DNA of 64,000 bases from the NCBI GenBank assembly GCA_963823035.1, contig CAWGKG010000011.1, positions 92,865 to 156,864 on the forward strand. The letters run 5' to 3'. The notes below the pieces were generated by a model that did not search any database, had not been told where the DNA came from, and was given only the letters and a program-made list of their open reading frames with translations. How positions within the stretch are numbered: the stretch's first letter is position 1; the number at the start of each line of letters is the position of its first letter. The DNA is from an uncultured Gemmatimonadales bacterium (GTDB lineage Bacteria > Gemmatimonadota > Gemmatimonadetes > Longimicrobiales > Gaopeijiaceae). Shown here in pieces: positions 1 to 10,642 of this stretch. The position numbers were made by a program, and so were the translations under genes.

Positions 1-1303
1 GGTCCGACGTGCTCAGGCCGAAGGCATCGTCCGCGGCGATGCGCTCGAGGAGGTCGGCCTTCGCGCCCTCCTCCTTCATGCGCCGGGCGGCTTCCAGGGA
101 GTGCTTGCGGATGCGCTCGTGCAGCTCCTGCCGGTCGCCCCCGCGCGCGGTCGCGCCCATGAGGATGTTCTCGGTGGCCATGAAGGGGAGGTGCTCCTCG
201 AGGTTGCGGCGAACCACCTGCGCGTTGACGTGCAGCCCGGAGGCGACGTTCTCGACCAGCACCAGCGTGCCGTCGAGCGAGAGGAAGGCGTCCGGGATCG
301 AGAGGCGGCGGTTGGCCGAGTCGTCCAGCGTGCGCTCGAGCCACTGCGTGGCCGCCGTGATGGCCGGGTCCTGTGCCAACGTGATGACGTGGCGGGCCAG
401 AGCGCAGATCCGCTCGGCACGCATCGGATTGCGCTTGTACGGCATCGCGGACGAGCCGATCTGCTCGCTCTCGAAGGGCTCCTCCACTTCGCGCAGGTGC
501 GCCAGGAGGCGCAGGTCGTGGCCCAGCTTGGAGGCGGAGACGGCCACGCCGGCGAGCGTCGACTGGACCTGGTGGTCGACCTTGCGCGTGTAGGTCTGGC
601 CGCTCACCGGATAGCTCTCGTCGAAGCCCATGCGACGGGCCACCGCCGCGTCGAGCGCCTCGACCTTCGCGTGGTCCCCGCCGAACAGCTCCAGGAAGGA
701 GGCCTGCGTCCCCGTGGTACCCTTCACGCCGCGGAAGCGCAGCGTGGCCAGGCGGAACTCGATCTCCTCGAGGTCGAGGAGGAAGTCCTGGATCCAGAGC
801 GTCGCACGCTTGCCCACCGTGGTCGGCTGCGCCGGCTGGAAGTGCGTGTAGCCGAGCGTGGGGAGGGCGGCGTGCTCTCGGGCGAAGTCCGCCAGCGCCG
901 CGACGCAGCGCACGATCCGGTCGCGGATCAGCTCGAGCGCCGCCCGGTGCAGGATGAGGTCCGTGTTGTCGCCGATGAACGCGCTCGTCGCCCCCAGGTG
1001 GATGATCGGCCGCGCGCTGGGCGCGTCGTCACCGAAGAGGTGGACGTGCGCCATCACGTCGTGGCGGAAGCGCCGCTCGTACTCGGCCGCGCGCGCCAGG
1101 TCCACCGTATCGAGCGCGGCGCGCATCTCCTCGAGCGCACCCTCGGGGATCGTCAGCCCCAGCTCGCGCTCCGACTCGGCGAGCGCCAGCCACAGACGCC
1201 TCCACGTCCCAAAGCGGCGACCCGGCGAGAAGATCGACTGCATCTCCCGCGAGGCGTACCGGTCCGAGAGCGGGTGGAGGTACCGATCCTGGCCTTCCGT
1301 CAC
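1..1303 (-). CDS. purB: adenylosuccinate lyase (3' end runs off the window)
   Basis: Manual translation from GTG at 1303: [18 protein letters not shown]...RHDVMAH...HLGATS...GYTHFQPAQ...[11 protein letters not shown], the fumarase/ASL signature. Absent from the ORF track because it is open at the edge. Confidence 0.95.
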   Translation of the reverse strand, partial: MTEGQDRYLHPLSDRYASREMQSIFSPGRRFGTWRRLWLALAESERELGLTIPEGALEEMRAALDTVDLARAAEYERRFRHDVMAHVHLFGDDAPSARPIIHLGATSAFIGDNTDLILHRAALELIRDRIVRCVAALADFAREHAALPTLGYTHFQPAQPTTVGKRATLWIQDFLLDLEEIEFRLATLRFRGVKGTTGTQASFLELFGGDHAKVEALDAAVARRMGFDESYPVSGQTYTRKVDHQVQSTLAGVAVSASKLGHDLRLLAHLREVEEPFESEQIGSSAMPYKRNPMRAERICALARHVITLAQDPAITAATQWLERTLDDSANRRLSIPDAFLSLDGTLVLVENVASGLHVNAQVVRRNLEEHLPFMATENILMGATARGGDRQELHERIRKHSLEAARRMKEEGAKADLLERIAADDAFGLSTSD

Positions 1304-1327
1304 GGCGTTCCTTTCTTCAGGGGATCC

Positions 1328-2808
1328 TCACCGACGCCAATAGAGGTCGCGTGCCACGTATCCGCCGTTGCGTTCGACGTAGATGCGCACGGAGCTGGGG
1401 CCCTTCAGCCCCTCGAAGATGCGCTTCGCGTCGTCGGCGCCGACCACGCGTGTCCGGTTCACCTGCACGAGCACGTCACCCCGCTGGATCCCGAGCTGCG
1501 CGGAAAGCCGGTCCGAGATCGATGCGATGAGCGCGCCCTGCTCGCTCATGATGCCGCGCTCGGCGCGGACCTGCGGCGTCACCGTGATGAGCTGCATGTC
1601 CTGCAGCACGGTCACCCGCTCGGCGGTCACCGACGGGAGCGCCGCGGCCGTCATGCGGACGGGGCGGGACCGCCCGTCGATCGAGAGCGAGAGGGTGTCC
1701 CCGGCCCGCATGTCCAGCATGACCGCCTCGAAGTCGAGCGGCGTGGTGAGCGGGCGTCCGTTCGCGCGCAGCAGCCGATCCCCGTTCGCGATGGCCGCGT
1801 CGTCCGCCGGAGAGCCCGTGGCGACGTTGGAGACGCGCACGCCGCGCGTGCGACCCCATTCGTCGGCTTCCATCGGCTCGACATCGACACCGACCCAGGC
1901 CCGCCGGACCTCGCCGTGGTCCACGAGGTCGTCGGCGACGCGCAGCGCGCGGTCGATCGGGATGGCGAAGCCCATCCCCTCGCTGCCGCCGCTACGCGTG
2001 AAGATCGAGGCGTTGATGCCGATCACCTGCCCGAGAGCGTTCACCAGCGGACCGCCGGAGTTCCCCGGATTGATCGAGGCGTCGGTCTGGATCATCCCCA
2101 GGTAGAAGCCCTCCTCGTCCGAGGAGGGGACGATGTTGCGGTCCACGGCGGACACGACGCCGGCCGTGACGGTGGGCTCCGCGTCGGAGAAGTAGTTGGC
2201 GAAGGGATTGCCGATCGCCAGGGCCCACTCGCCGATCATGAGCCCCTGGGTGGTGCCGAGCGGGGCCACCGGGAGGTCCTTCCCCTGGATACGCAACACG
2301 GCCACGTCCGCGACCGGGTCGCTCCCCACCAGCTCGGCATCGAAGTCGCGACCGTCCGGGAGCGTGACCTTGATCTTCTCGGCGTTCCGGACCACGTGGT
2401 CGTTCGTGAGGATGATGCCGTCGGGGCGCACGATCACGCCGGAGCCGAAGCCGGCGCTACGCCGTTGGCTCCCGGGCGGGAGGAACATGCTCTCCCACAT
2501 GCTGGTGGGACGGACGGTCTCGCGGGCGATCACGCTCACGTTCACCACCGCGGGCGCCACCCGGTTCGCGGCCTGTACGATCGCGGTGGTCCTGGAGGCG
2601 TCCACCGACACCGTGGCGTGCTGTCGCGCCTCGGGGGGGGTCTGTCGGGGGGTCTGCGGGCGGAGCCTCCTGGGCGCGAGCGGCTCATCGAGCCGGCCTC
2701 CGTCTCGGCGGCCTGCGCCGTCCCCGTCATCGCGTGCCCGTCCGCACCGCACCCTCCCAGGAACAGAGGGAGCGCCAGTGCCGCCACCCGCCGACGCCAC
2801 ATCTTCAT
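1328..2808 (-). CDS. HtrA/DegP-family serine protease with PDZ domains and lipoprotein-like signal; probable frameshift near 2640-2700
   Basis: TNDHVV, DVAVL, TDASINPGNSGGPL in ORF 1328..2800. The signal peptide MKMWRRRVAALALPLFLGGC lies in another frame (2542..2808). Confidence 0.9.
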
Positions 2809-2830
2809 CTTCCTTCGTCCTTCCCGGATC

Positions 2831-3487
2831 TCAAATTTCCGCGCCGAGCTTGTTCCAGTCCGCGAGGAACGCCTCGAGCCCTCTGTCGGTCAGGGGGTGC
2901 TTGGCGAGCTGCCAGAGCACCTTCGGGGGCATCGTCGCGCAATCCGCGCCGATCAGCATCGACTCGACGACGTGCGTCGGATGGCGCAGCGACGCGGCCA
3001 GGATCTCGGTGTCGAACCCGTAGTTGTCGTACACCTGGCGGATCTGGTGGATCAGCTGCATCCCCTCGCCGGAGATGTCGTCGATGCGTCCGACGAATGG
3101 CGACACGAAGGTAGCCCCCGCCTTCGCGGCGAGCAGCGCCTGCGACACCGAGAAGCAGAGGGTGACGTTCGTGCGGATCCCCTCCGCGCCCAGCGCGCGG
3201 CACGCCTTCAGCCCGTCCTCGGTGAGCGGCACCTTGACCACGATGTTGTCGTGGATCGCGGCGAGCTTCCTCCCCTCGGAGAGCATCGTGTCCCTGTCCT
3301 TCGCCACCACCTCCGCGCTGACCGGGCCGTCCACCGTCTCGCAGATCTCGCGGTAGATCTCCTTCGGATCGGTGTCGCCGGCGACCTGGGCGATCAGGGA
3401 CGGATTCGTCGTGATTCCGTCGATGAGGTTGGCGTCCGCGGCGCGCCGGATCTCCGAGAGATCCGCCGTATCGAGAAAGATCTTCAT
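2831..3487 (-). CDS. fsa: fructose-6-phosphate aldolase / transaldolase (short type)
   Basis: MKIFLDTA...GITTNPS...VVKVP...TNVTLCFS...SPFVGRIDD...ILAASLR. Confidence 0.9.
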   Translation of the reverse strand: MKIFLDTADLSEIRRAADANLIDGITTNPSLIAQVAGDTDPKEIYREICETVDGPVSAEVVAKDRDTMLSEGRKLAAIHDNIVVKVPLTEDGLKACRALGAEGIRTNVTLCFSVSQALLAAKAGATFVSPFVGRIDDISGEGMQLIHQIRQVYDNYGFDTEILAASLRHPTHVVESMLIGADCATMPPKVLWQLAKHPLTDRGLEAFLADWNKLGAEI

Positions 3488-4296
3488 GCGGGGGTCGAAC
3501 TCCGTGATTCGGGCGTCGGGGTGTCCACGTCGTGCACGTGGTCTGGATACTCCACTCTCGCCAGGAAGAGCCCCTCGGGCGGGGCCGGCGGCGAGGTCTC
3601 GAGATCGGTGTCGGGCGCGAGGAGGGCGGGGAGGTCTTCCTGGGCCCGGCGGCCGCGGGCGATCTCCACCATCGTCCCCACCAGGTAGCGCACCATGTGG
3701 TGCAGGTAGCGGTCCGCCGTGATCGTGAAGCGGGCCCCGAGCGACCACCGGTCCCACCGGGCGCTCGCGACCGTGCACCGGTCTCCGCGCTCGGGCTGGC
3801 CGGCCTTCGCGAAGGCGCGAAACGAGTGGTCTCCGGGGAGCTTCGCGGCACAGTCGGCGAGGGCGGCCGCGTCGACCTCCTCGCCGATCGCCCAGCACCA
3901 CGGTCGGTGGAAGGGCGAGCGCGACTCCGGATCCGTGCCGACGCGGTAGACGTACGTCCGGGCCAGCGCGTCGTAGCGGGGATGGAAGTCCGGCCGGACT
4001 GCGCGGACCCGCTGCACCCAGACGTCGGGCGGGAGCACGGCGTTGAGCGCGCGGTGGAGTTCGTGCGGCTGCCAGCGGGTCGGCATGTCCACCGAGGCGA
4101 TCTGGCCGATCGCGTGGACACCCGTGTCCGTGCGGCCCGACCCGACGACGGTGCGGGGTCGCGCGGCCAGGCGGGAGAGGGCGGCCTCGAGCTCCCCCTG
4201 GACCGTGCGCTGGTCCGGCTGGAACTGCCACCCGTGGAAGTGGGTCCCGTCGTAGTGGACGGTGAGCTGCAGACGGATCGAGTCCCGGGTCTCCAC
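3484..4296 (-). CDS. truA: tRNA pseudouridine(38-40) synthase
   Basis: [30 protein letters not shown]. Confidence 0.95.
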   Translation of the reverse strand: METRDSIRLQLTVHYDGTHFHGWQFQPDQRTVQGELEAALSRLAARPRTVVGSGRTDTGVHAIGQIASVDMPTRWQPHELHRALNAVLPPDVWVQRVRAVRPDFHPRYDALARTYVYRVGTDPESRSPFHRPWCWAIGEEVDAAALADCAAKLPGDHSFRAFAKAGQPERGDRCTVASARWDRWSLGARFTITADRYLHHMVRYLVGTMVEIARGRRAQEDLPALLAPDTDLETSPPAPPEGLFLARVEYPDHVHDVDTPTPESRSSTPA

Positions 4297-4302
4297 GGCG
4301 GA

Positions 4303-4330
4303 AAGGTAGGCCGAAGGGGGTCGATGTCAA
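4303..4330 (-). promoter_or_regulatory. sigma70-like promoter for truA (TTGACA-16-TACCTT), probably leaderless
   Basis: Minus strand reads TTGACA TCGACCCCCTTCGGCC TACCTT TCCGCC GTG; the -10 is 6 nt from the start codon. Confidence 0.6.
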
Positions 4331-4351
4331 GCGAACCGACGGGCTGGCGCA

Positions 4352-4381
4352 TTGACCGGAAAACCGCATGGGGATTAGCAT
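4352..4381 (+). promoter_or_regulatory. sigma70-like promoter for trpD (TTGACC-18-TAGCAT)
   Basis: Hexamer match in the truA/trpD divergent gap. Confidence 0.45.
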
Positions 4382-4403
4382 TTCTGGCTTCCCCCGCCCT
4401 TTG

Positions 4404-5462
4404 ATGGAGACGCTCGTGACGCGCGCGAAGACGCAGGCCGACCCGGTCGACCTCACCCGCCTCATCGGAAAGGTGGCGGACGGAGAGGACCTCACGGCCG
4501 GTGAGTCCGAGGGGGCCTTCGACCTCTTCATGACCGGCACGGCCACGGAGATCCAGATGGCCGGGCTCCTGGTGGGCCTGCGCGCCAAGGGCGTCGCGCC
4601 CGCCGAGGTCGCCGGCGCCGTACGGGCGCTGCGCAAGGCGATGGTCCCCGTGCCGGCCACCGATCCTTCTTCCCTCGTCGACACGGCGGGCACGGGGGGT
4701 GGGCGCATCACGACCTTCAACATCTCGACCGCGGCCGCGCTGGTGGCGGCGGGGGCGGGGGTGCGGATGGCGAAGCACGGGAACCGCTCGTTCACATCGC
4801 GCAGCGGGAGCGCCGACGTGCTCGAGGCGCTGGGGGTGAAGATCGACCTGACCCCCGAGCGGATGGGAGAGATCCTGGAGGAGGTCGGGATCGTCTTCAT
4901 GTTCGCGCCGCTCCTGCACCCGGCCATGCGCCACGTGGGGCCCGTGCGCCGCGGGCTCGGCATCACGACGGTGATGAACATCCTGGGGCCGCTCACCAAC
5001 CCGGCCGGAGCGCGCCGCCAGGTCGTGGGCGTCGCCGACCCGAGGCTGCTCGGTCTCGTGGTGCGCGCCCTCGCCGAGCTCGGGCACCATCGTGCGCTGG
5101 TCGTGCACGGCGCGCCGGGGATGGACGAGATCAGCCCGGCCGGCCATACCCGCGTCGCCGAGCTCTCCGACGCGGGCATCCGCGAGTACGAGATCAAGCC
5201 GGGGGATCTCGGGGCGGACCACTCCTACCTGGAAGGGCTGCGCGGAGGAGACCCGGAGTACAACGCCAAGGTCATCCTTCAGGCGCTGGACGGCGAGCTG
5301 GGCGCTCCGCGCAACGCCACGATCCTCAACGCGGCGGGCGCCATCTACGTGTCGGGGAAGGCGGAGACGCTCCCGGCCTCGGCGGACATGGCCGTCGAGG
5401 CGATCCACTCGGGCGCGGCGCGCGACGTCCTCGAGCGGTTGAGGGAGGCGAGTAACCGCTAG
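4404..5462 (+). CDS. trpD: anthranilate phosphoribosyltransferase
   Basis: [39 protein letters not shown]; start uncertain. Confidence 0.95.
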   Translation: METLVTRAKTQADPVDLTRLIGKVADGEDLTAGESEGAFDLFMTGTATEIQMAGLLVGLRAKGVAPAEVAGAVRALRKAMVPVPATDPSSLVDTAGTGGGRITTFNISTAAALVAAGAGVRMAKHGNRSFTSRSGSADVLEALGVKIDLTPERMGEILEEVGIVFMFAPLLHPAMRHVGPVRRGLGITTVMNILGPLTNPAGARRQVVGVADPRLLGLVVRALAELGHHRALVVHGAPGMDEISPAGHTRVAELSDAGIREYEIKPGDLGADHSYLEGLRGGDPEYNAKVILQALDGELGAPRNATILNAAGAIYVSGKAETLPASADMAVEAIHSGAARDVLERLREASNR

Positions 5463-5480
5463 AAGGCTGGGCCAGGTTTG

Positions 5481-6089
5481 CTAGTACTTGCGGATCACGC
5501 CCACCACGATGCCCTGGATGCGGACGTCGCGGGCGTCCACGAGGATCGGCTCCATCGTCGGGTTGGCCGGCTGCAGCCGGATCTGGCCACCCCGCTCGCG
5601 GTAGAGCTTCTTCACCGTGGCGGAATCGCCACCGACCAGGGCCACGACCATCTCGCCGTCCTCGGCCGTCTCCTGCGCCTGGACCACGATGTAGTCGCCG
5701 TCGCGGATCTGCTCCTCGATCATCGAGTTCCCCTCGACGCGGAGCACGTAGTTGTCCTTCTGGCGTCGCACCATGTCGGGCGGCACCACCACGGTCTCCG
5801 TGTCCGGGATGGCCTCGATCGGAAGCCCCGCCGCGACGGCCCCCATCAGGGGCAGCTCGAGGGCGGGCATGCCCGCCTCCGGACGTACCATCTCGATGGA
5901 GCGGCTCTCGTTGTAGGACTTTCTTATGTAGCCCTTGCGCTCCAGATTGCTCAGGTGCTCGTGCACGGTCGCCAGCGAGGAGTATCCGAACGACTCGGCG
6001 ATCTCCTCGAAGCTCGGTGCGTATCCCCGCTCCGCGATGAACCCGTCGATGTAGTCCAGAATCTCCTTCTGGCGCTTCGTCAGGGGCAT
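5481..6089 (-). CDS. lexA: SOS repressor LexA
   Basis: LTKRQKEILDYI..APSFEEI winged-HTH, VAAG cleavage site, GNSM (Ser), TVKK (Lys); GGAGG RBS. Confidence 0.97.
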   Translation of the reverse strand: MPLTKRQKEILDYIDGFIAERGYAPSFEEIAESFGYSSLATVHEHLSNLERKGYIRKSYNESRSIEMVRPEAGMPALELPLMGAVAAGLPIEAIPDTETVVVPPDMVRRQKDNYVLRVEGNSMIEEQIRDGDYIVVQAQETAEDGEMVVALVGGDSATVKKLYRERGGQIRLQPANPTMEPILVDARDVRIQGIVVGVIRKY

Positions 6090-6112
6090 CGGACGGCCCT
6101 CCGGTGGCAGTT

Positions 6113-6163
6113 ACCCGAACATCGACCGAAAGAAGGATAACCCGAACGTTGCCCGAAATGCAA
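6113..6163 (-). promoter_or_regulatory. lexA promoter (TTGCAT-18-TATCCT) with two candidate LexA boxes TTTCGG-N5-GTTCGGGT
   Basis: Plus strand CCGAAC-ATCGA-CCGAAA (6115-6131) and CCGAAC-GTTGC-CCGAAA (6142-6158); -35 at 6158-6163, -10 at 6134-6139. Confidence 0.7.
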
Positions 6164-6997
6164 GGAGCGAACGACCTTCCGGGCATCCTCGCCTCGATCG
6201 TGGCGACCAAGCGGGAGGAGTTGGACGCCCTCCGAAGCGACGCTCGGGGGCTGCGGGCGCGCGCGGGCGACGCACCGCAGGTCCGCGACTTCGCGGCAGC
6301 CCTGGGTGGCGGAAGTACGGTCTCGCTGATCGCCGAGTGCAAGCGCCGCTCGCCGGGGGCGGGCCGGATCCGTCCCGACCTCGACCCGGTGACGCTCGCG
6401 CGCGGCTACGAGCGTGCGGGCGCATCCGCGCTCAGCGTGCTGACCGACCGCACGTACTTTGGCGGTTCGCTCGCGGACCTCGGCGCCGCCCGGGAGGCCA
6501 CGGGCATCCCCGTGCTGCGCAAGGACTTCACGCTCGAGCCGATCCAGGTCGCGGAGGCACGCGCGGCCGGTGCGGACGCGGTGCTCCTCATCGTCCGCAT
6601 CCTCGACGACGCCATGCTGCGGGAGCTCCTCGACGCCGCGGCATCGTTCGGGATGGCGGCGCTGGTCGAGACGCACGACGTGGGGGAGGTCGGCCGGGCG
6701 CTGGGCGCGGGGGCGCGCATCCTCGGCATCAACAACCGGGACCTGGCCACCTTCACGACCGACCTCGACACGACCGTCACGCTCCTCGACCGGGTGCCCG
6801 ACGGCGTGGTCGTGATCTCCGAGAGCGGGATACGATCGCCGGACGACGTCGAGGCGCTCGGGCGGGCGGGGGTGGACGCGGTCCTCGTCGGCGAGACCCT
6901 CCTGCGGGCCCCGGATCCTTCGGTGGCGGCCGCCGCCCTCTGCGGCCGGCCGCGGCGTGACCGGGGTGGGGGTGGGGAGGAGAGGGTCGGTGGCTGA
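6158..6997 (+). CDS. trpC: indole-3-glycerol phosphate synthase
   Basis: IAECKRRSP, SVLTD, LRKDF, GINNRDL, SESGI, LVGE. Confidence 0.95.
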   Translation: MQGANDLPGILASIVATKREELDALRSDARGLRARAGDAPQVRDFAAALGGGSTVSLIAECKRRSPGAGRIRPDLDPVTLARGYERAGASALSVLTDRTYFGGSLADLGAAREATGIPVLRKDFTLEPIQVAEARAAGADAVLLIVRILDDAMLRELLDAAASFGMAALVETHDVGEVGRALGAGARILGINNRDLATFTTDLDTTVTLLDRVPDGVVVISESGIRSPDDVEALGRAGVDAVLVGETLLRAPDPSVAAAALCGRPRRDRGGGGEERVGG

Positions 6998-7685
6998 GTC
7001 CCCGCGGGTGAAGATCTGCGGCGTCGTGCGCCCCCGGGACGCGCTCGCCGCCGAGGCCGCCGGTGCGGACTACGTCGGCGTCGTGGTGTCGGCCGGCTTC
7101 GGGCGCAGCGTCGATCCCCGCGACGCGCCCGACGTCGTCGCCGGTCTGAGCGTCGTGCGCGTGGCGGTCCTCGTGGACGAGGACGCGGACGCCGCTGCCC
7201 GTCTCGGGGAGGCGCTGGGGGCGGGCGTGTTGCAGCTCCACGGCGAGGAGGCCCCGGAGGTGATGGTGGCGCTGCGCGAGCGAGGCCCGTGGAGGCTGTG
7301 GAAGAGCGTTCGGGCACGAGAGGCCGCGGATATCCTGCGCGCCGTGGAGCGCTACGGAGCGCACGTCGACGGGATCCTCGTCGAGGGTCATCGGGAGGGG
7401 GTGGTTGGTGGCGGTGGCGCTCGCCTCGACCTCGACGCGGTGGCCCAGGTCCGCCCGCTGATCCCGGCCGGGCTCGAGGTGGTGCTGGCGGGCGGACTCA
7501 CGCCCGACACCGTCGCGGACGCCGCGGCACGCTTCGCCCCGGACGTGGTAGATGTAAGTTCCGGCGTCGAGCGGGTTCCGCGGGAGAAGGATCTCGCGCT
7601 CGTGCGCCGTTTCATCGAGGAGGCGCGGCGGCCGCGTCCGGCGCGTCCACCATCCCCCAGCACCGGGAGCAGGAGACCATCGTGA
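6990..7685 (+). CDS. trpF: phosphoribosylanthranilate isomerase
   Basis: VKICG, LQLHGEE, LAGGL, DVSSGVE. Confidence 0.93.
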   Translation: MAESPRVKICGVVRPRDALAAEAAGADYVGVVVSAGFGRSVDPRDAPDVVAGLSVVRVAVLVDEDADAAARLGEALGAGVLQLHGEEAPEVMVALRERGPWRLWKSVRAREAADILRAVERYGAHVDGILVEGHREGVVGGGGARLDLDAVAQVRPLIPAGLEVVLAGGLTPDTVADAAARFAPDVVDVSSGVERVPREKDLALVRRFIEEARRPRPARPPSPSTGSRRPS

Positions 7686-8890
7686 CCGTCAGCGCCGTGA
7701 GACCCGGCCGTTTCGGCTCGTTCGGCGGCCGCTACGTCCCCGAGACGCTCATCCAGGCCCTCGACGAGGTGGAGCGGTCGTTCGCGGACGCCATGGCCGA
7801 CCCGGCCTTCGTGGCCGAGCTCGAGGGGTTGCTGCGCGACTTCGTCGGGCGCCCGACCCCCCTGCAGCGCGCCGATCGCCTCGGAGGGGCCGCCGGGCAC
7901 CCGGCCGTCTACCTGAAGCGCGAGGACCTGAACCACACCGGAGCGCACAAGATCAACAACACGATCGGCCAGGCGCTCCTGGCCCGGCGCATGGGGAAGC
8001 GCCGGATCATCGCGGAGACGGGCGCCGGGCAGCACGGTGTGGCCACCGCGACGGCGTGCGCTCTCTTCGACATGGAGTGCGTGGTCTACATGGGAGAGGA
8101 GGATGTGGACCGCCAGGCGCTCAACGTCTATCGCATGCAGCTCCTCGGCGCGGAGGTGCGGCCGGTCGGTTCGGGCACGCGTACGCTCAAGGACGCTACG
8201 AACGAGGCCATCCGCGACTGGGTGACCAACGTCGAGTCGACGCACTACGTGATCGGCTCCGTGGTCGGTCCGGACCCCTTCCCGCGCATGGTGCGCGACT
8301 TCCAGTCGGTGATAGGACGCGAGGCGCGCCAACAGATGCTCGACGTGGCGGGCCGCCTTCCGGGTGTCGTGGTGGCCTGCGTCGGGGGAGGCTCCAACGC
8401 GATGGGGATCTTCCACGCCTTCGTGCCCGACGAGGGTGTTCGACTCGTGGGCGTCGAGGCGGCCGGGGAAGGACTCGGGAGCGGGCGCCATTCGGCCTCG
8501 CTCGCGGCCGGCCGGCCCGGTGTCCTGCACGGCTCCCTGAGCTATCTTCTCCAGGACTCCGATGGCCAGGTGGCGCCGGCCCACTCCGTCTCTGCGGGGC
8601 TGGACTACCCAGGCGTCGGACCCGAGCACTCCTACCTCAAGGACTCGGGACGGGCTACGTATACCTCGGTCACCGATGCGGAGGCCCTCGATGCGTTCCA
8701 TCGGACGGCGAGGCTGGAGGGCATCATCCCCGCGCTCGAATCCGCCCACGCAGTTGCGTGGGTGCTCCGTGAGGCCGCAGGATACGCCGAATCCGGACCC
8801 GTTCTCGTTTGCCTGTCGGGGCGAGGGGACAAGGACGTGGAGCACGTGTCCCGAATCGAGGGCCGCGAGGTGGTGGCCAGGCGCGACTGA
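7682..8890 (+). CDS. trpB: tryptophan synthase beta chain
   Basis: [47 protein letters not shown]. Confidence 0.97.
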   Translation: MTVSAVRPGRFGSFGGRYVPETLIQALDEVERSFADAMADPAFVAELEGLLRDFVGRPTPLQRADRLGGAAGHPAVYLKREDLNHTGAHKINNTIGQALLARRMGKRRIIAETGAGQHGVATATACALFDMECVVYMGEEDVDRQALNVYRMQLLGAEVRPVGSGTRTLKDATNEAIRDWVTNVESTHYVIGSVVGPDPFPRMVRDFQSVIGREARQQMLDVAGRLPGVVVACVGGGSNAMGIFHAFVPDEGVRLVGVEAAGEGLGSGRHSASLAAGRPGVLHGSLSYLLQDSDGQVAPAHSVSAGLDYPGVGPEHSYLKDSGRATYTSVTDAEALDAFHRTARLEGIIPALESAHAVAWVLREAAGYAESGPVLVCLSGRGDKDVEHVSRIEGREVVARRD

Positions 8891-8896
8891 GGAAGG

Positions 8897-10638
8897 ATGA
8901 CCGAGCTCGAATCGAAAGCCGGTGGCTCGATGGACGAGGCCGTGGGATGGAGCGATGTGGAAGAAGCTCCGTTCGCACGGGTGCGCGAGTTGTTCGTCGT
9001 CCTCGGGCAAGGCCTTCCGTGCCTACCAGCTCTACGACGAGAACAACCCGGTCCGCCACCGTTTCGTCGAGAGCCTGCGTCAGGCCTTCGCCGGGCCTGT
9101 GGACGGAGGTCGACAAGCTCACCCTGGCGGTCGAGGAGGACCGCATCCTCCTGGCCGGCGAGGAGATCTACAGGGCCGAGGTACGTGGCGACTCCCTCGC
9201 CTTCCTCTTCTACAAGGACGGGGTGCGCGAGATCACCTTCCTCCCGGGGATCGAGACCGACGAGATCCTCCCGTTCCTGGGCGTCCTCCAGCGCGCGCGC
9301 AAGCTCCTCCCCGAGGGCGACGACCTCCTCACCGTGCTCTGGGAGGAGGATCTCCAGCACTTCCAGTACCAGTACGTGGACTTCCTCGCCGAGGGCGTCT
9401 CGCTCCCGGTGGCGGGCGCAGGCGCCACGACGCAGGAGCTGCAGGGCGTCCTGAGCGCGGAGCTGGAGGACGAGAACGACAAGCAGGCGGCGGCGGCCCG
9501 GCAGGCCGCTTCGTCGGTCGCCCAGTCCGTCAATCGCGACGACTTCAACCCCACGCTGTACGCGCTGGACCCGCGCGAGATGCAGGTACTCAAGTCGGAG
9601 CTGCACAAGGAGCTGCATCGAGACCTGCGCGGCGACGTCCTGTCCGCCCTCTTCGACCGGCTGGAGGAGCCCGAGCGCCGCGACCGGCAGCTCGAGATCC
9701 TCGGCATCCTGAAGACCCTCCTCCCCAACTTCCTCAGCCGCGGAGCCCTGACGGCGGCGACGCGCGTGCTCGAGGAGCTCCGCAAGCTCGAGAACCGCCC
9801 CGAGGTCTTCGACGAGGAGCGGCTGGCCACGTCGCGTGCCCTTCTCGACGAGGTCAGCGCCCCGGAAGCGATCTCCGAGCTGATCCAGGCGCTCTACGAC
9901 GGCACGGTTCGCGCGACACCGCAGCAGCTCGCGGTCTTCCTCCGTTTCCTTCGCGCGGGTGCACTCTCGCCCCTCCTGCGCGCCGCAGAGACGGTGGAGC
10001 ACAAGGAGCTGAGGGCGGTGCTGCGCACTGCCGTGCACGGCATCGCGGAGCGGAACCGCGGGGCCGTGGTCCGGCTCCTCGAGGAGCCCGATCCGATCAT
10101 CGCCGCGGGGGCCGCGCGCCTGGCCGGCGACATCCAGATCGCGGAGGCGGGTCCGTCGCTTGCCCACCTCCTCGCGCATCCCGACGCCTCCGTACGCCTC
10201 GCGGCCGTGGAGGCGGCCGTGAGCCTGAAGGCGTCGACCGCCGCGGGGGCCCTGCAGCACACGCTGAACGACCCGGAGCGGGACGTACGCATCGCGGCCG
10301 CCCGCGCGCTCGGGGCGCTGCGCTACGCGCCCGCGGCGAAGAAGCTCGCCGAGATCCTCGCCAGCAAGGAGATACGCGTCGCGGACATCTCCGAGAAGGT
10401 GGCCTTCTTCGAAGCCTACGGCATGGTGGCCGGCGACGAGGCCGTGAGGCCGCTCGACAAGCTCCTCAACGGGAAGGGGTTCCTGGGCAAGCGTGAGCCT
10501 CCGGAGATCCGCGCGGCGGCGGCACTGGCTCTGGGCAAGGTCCCCGGGGCGGAGGCACGCGCCTCGCTGAACAGGGCGGCCCGCGAGGAGGATCCCGTGG
10601 TGCGCAGCGCGGTGAACCGCGCCCTGAGGAGCGAGTGA
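8897..10638 (+). CDS. HEAT-repeat (PBS lyase-like) protein with an N-terminal domain shared with the downstream HD-GYP protein; two +1 frameshifts (~9006, ~9094)
   Basis: C-terminal repeats HPDASVRLAAVEA, DPERDVRIAAARALG, PEIRAAAALALG, EDPVVRSAV. N-terminus reconstructed across three frames; AGGAAGG RBS. Confidence 0.8.
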
Positions 10639-10642
10639 CGTC

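Noticed and set aside
101..3688. Very long ORFs such as 101..3688 (+), 2805..5408 (-), 29126..31273 (-) and 50571..52979 (+)
   Set aside because: Antisense or off-frame shadows of real genes in high-GC DNA, with no recognisable motifs.
4297..4403. trp attenuator or T-box upstream of trpD
   Set aside because: The gap is filled by divergent promoters, with no tandem-Trp leader peptide, terminator or T-box motif.
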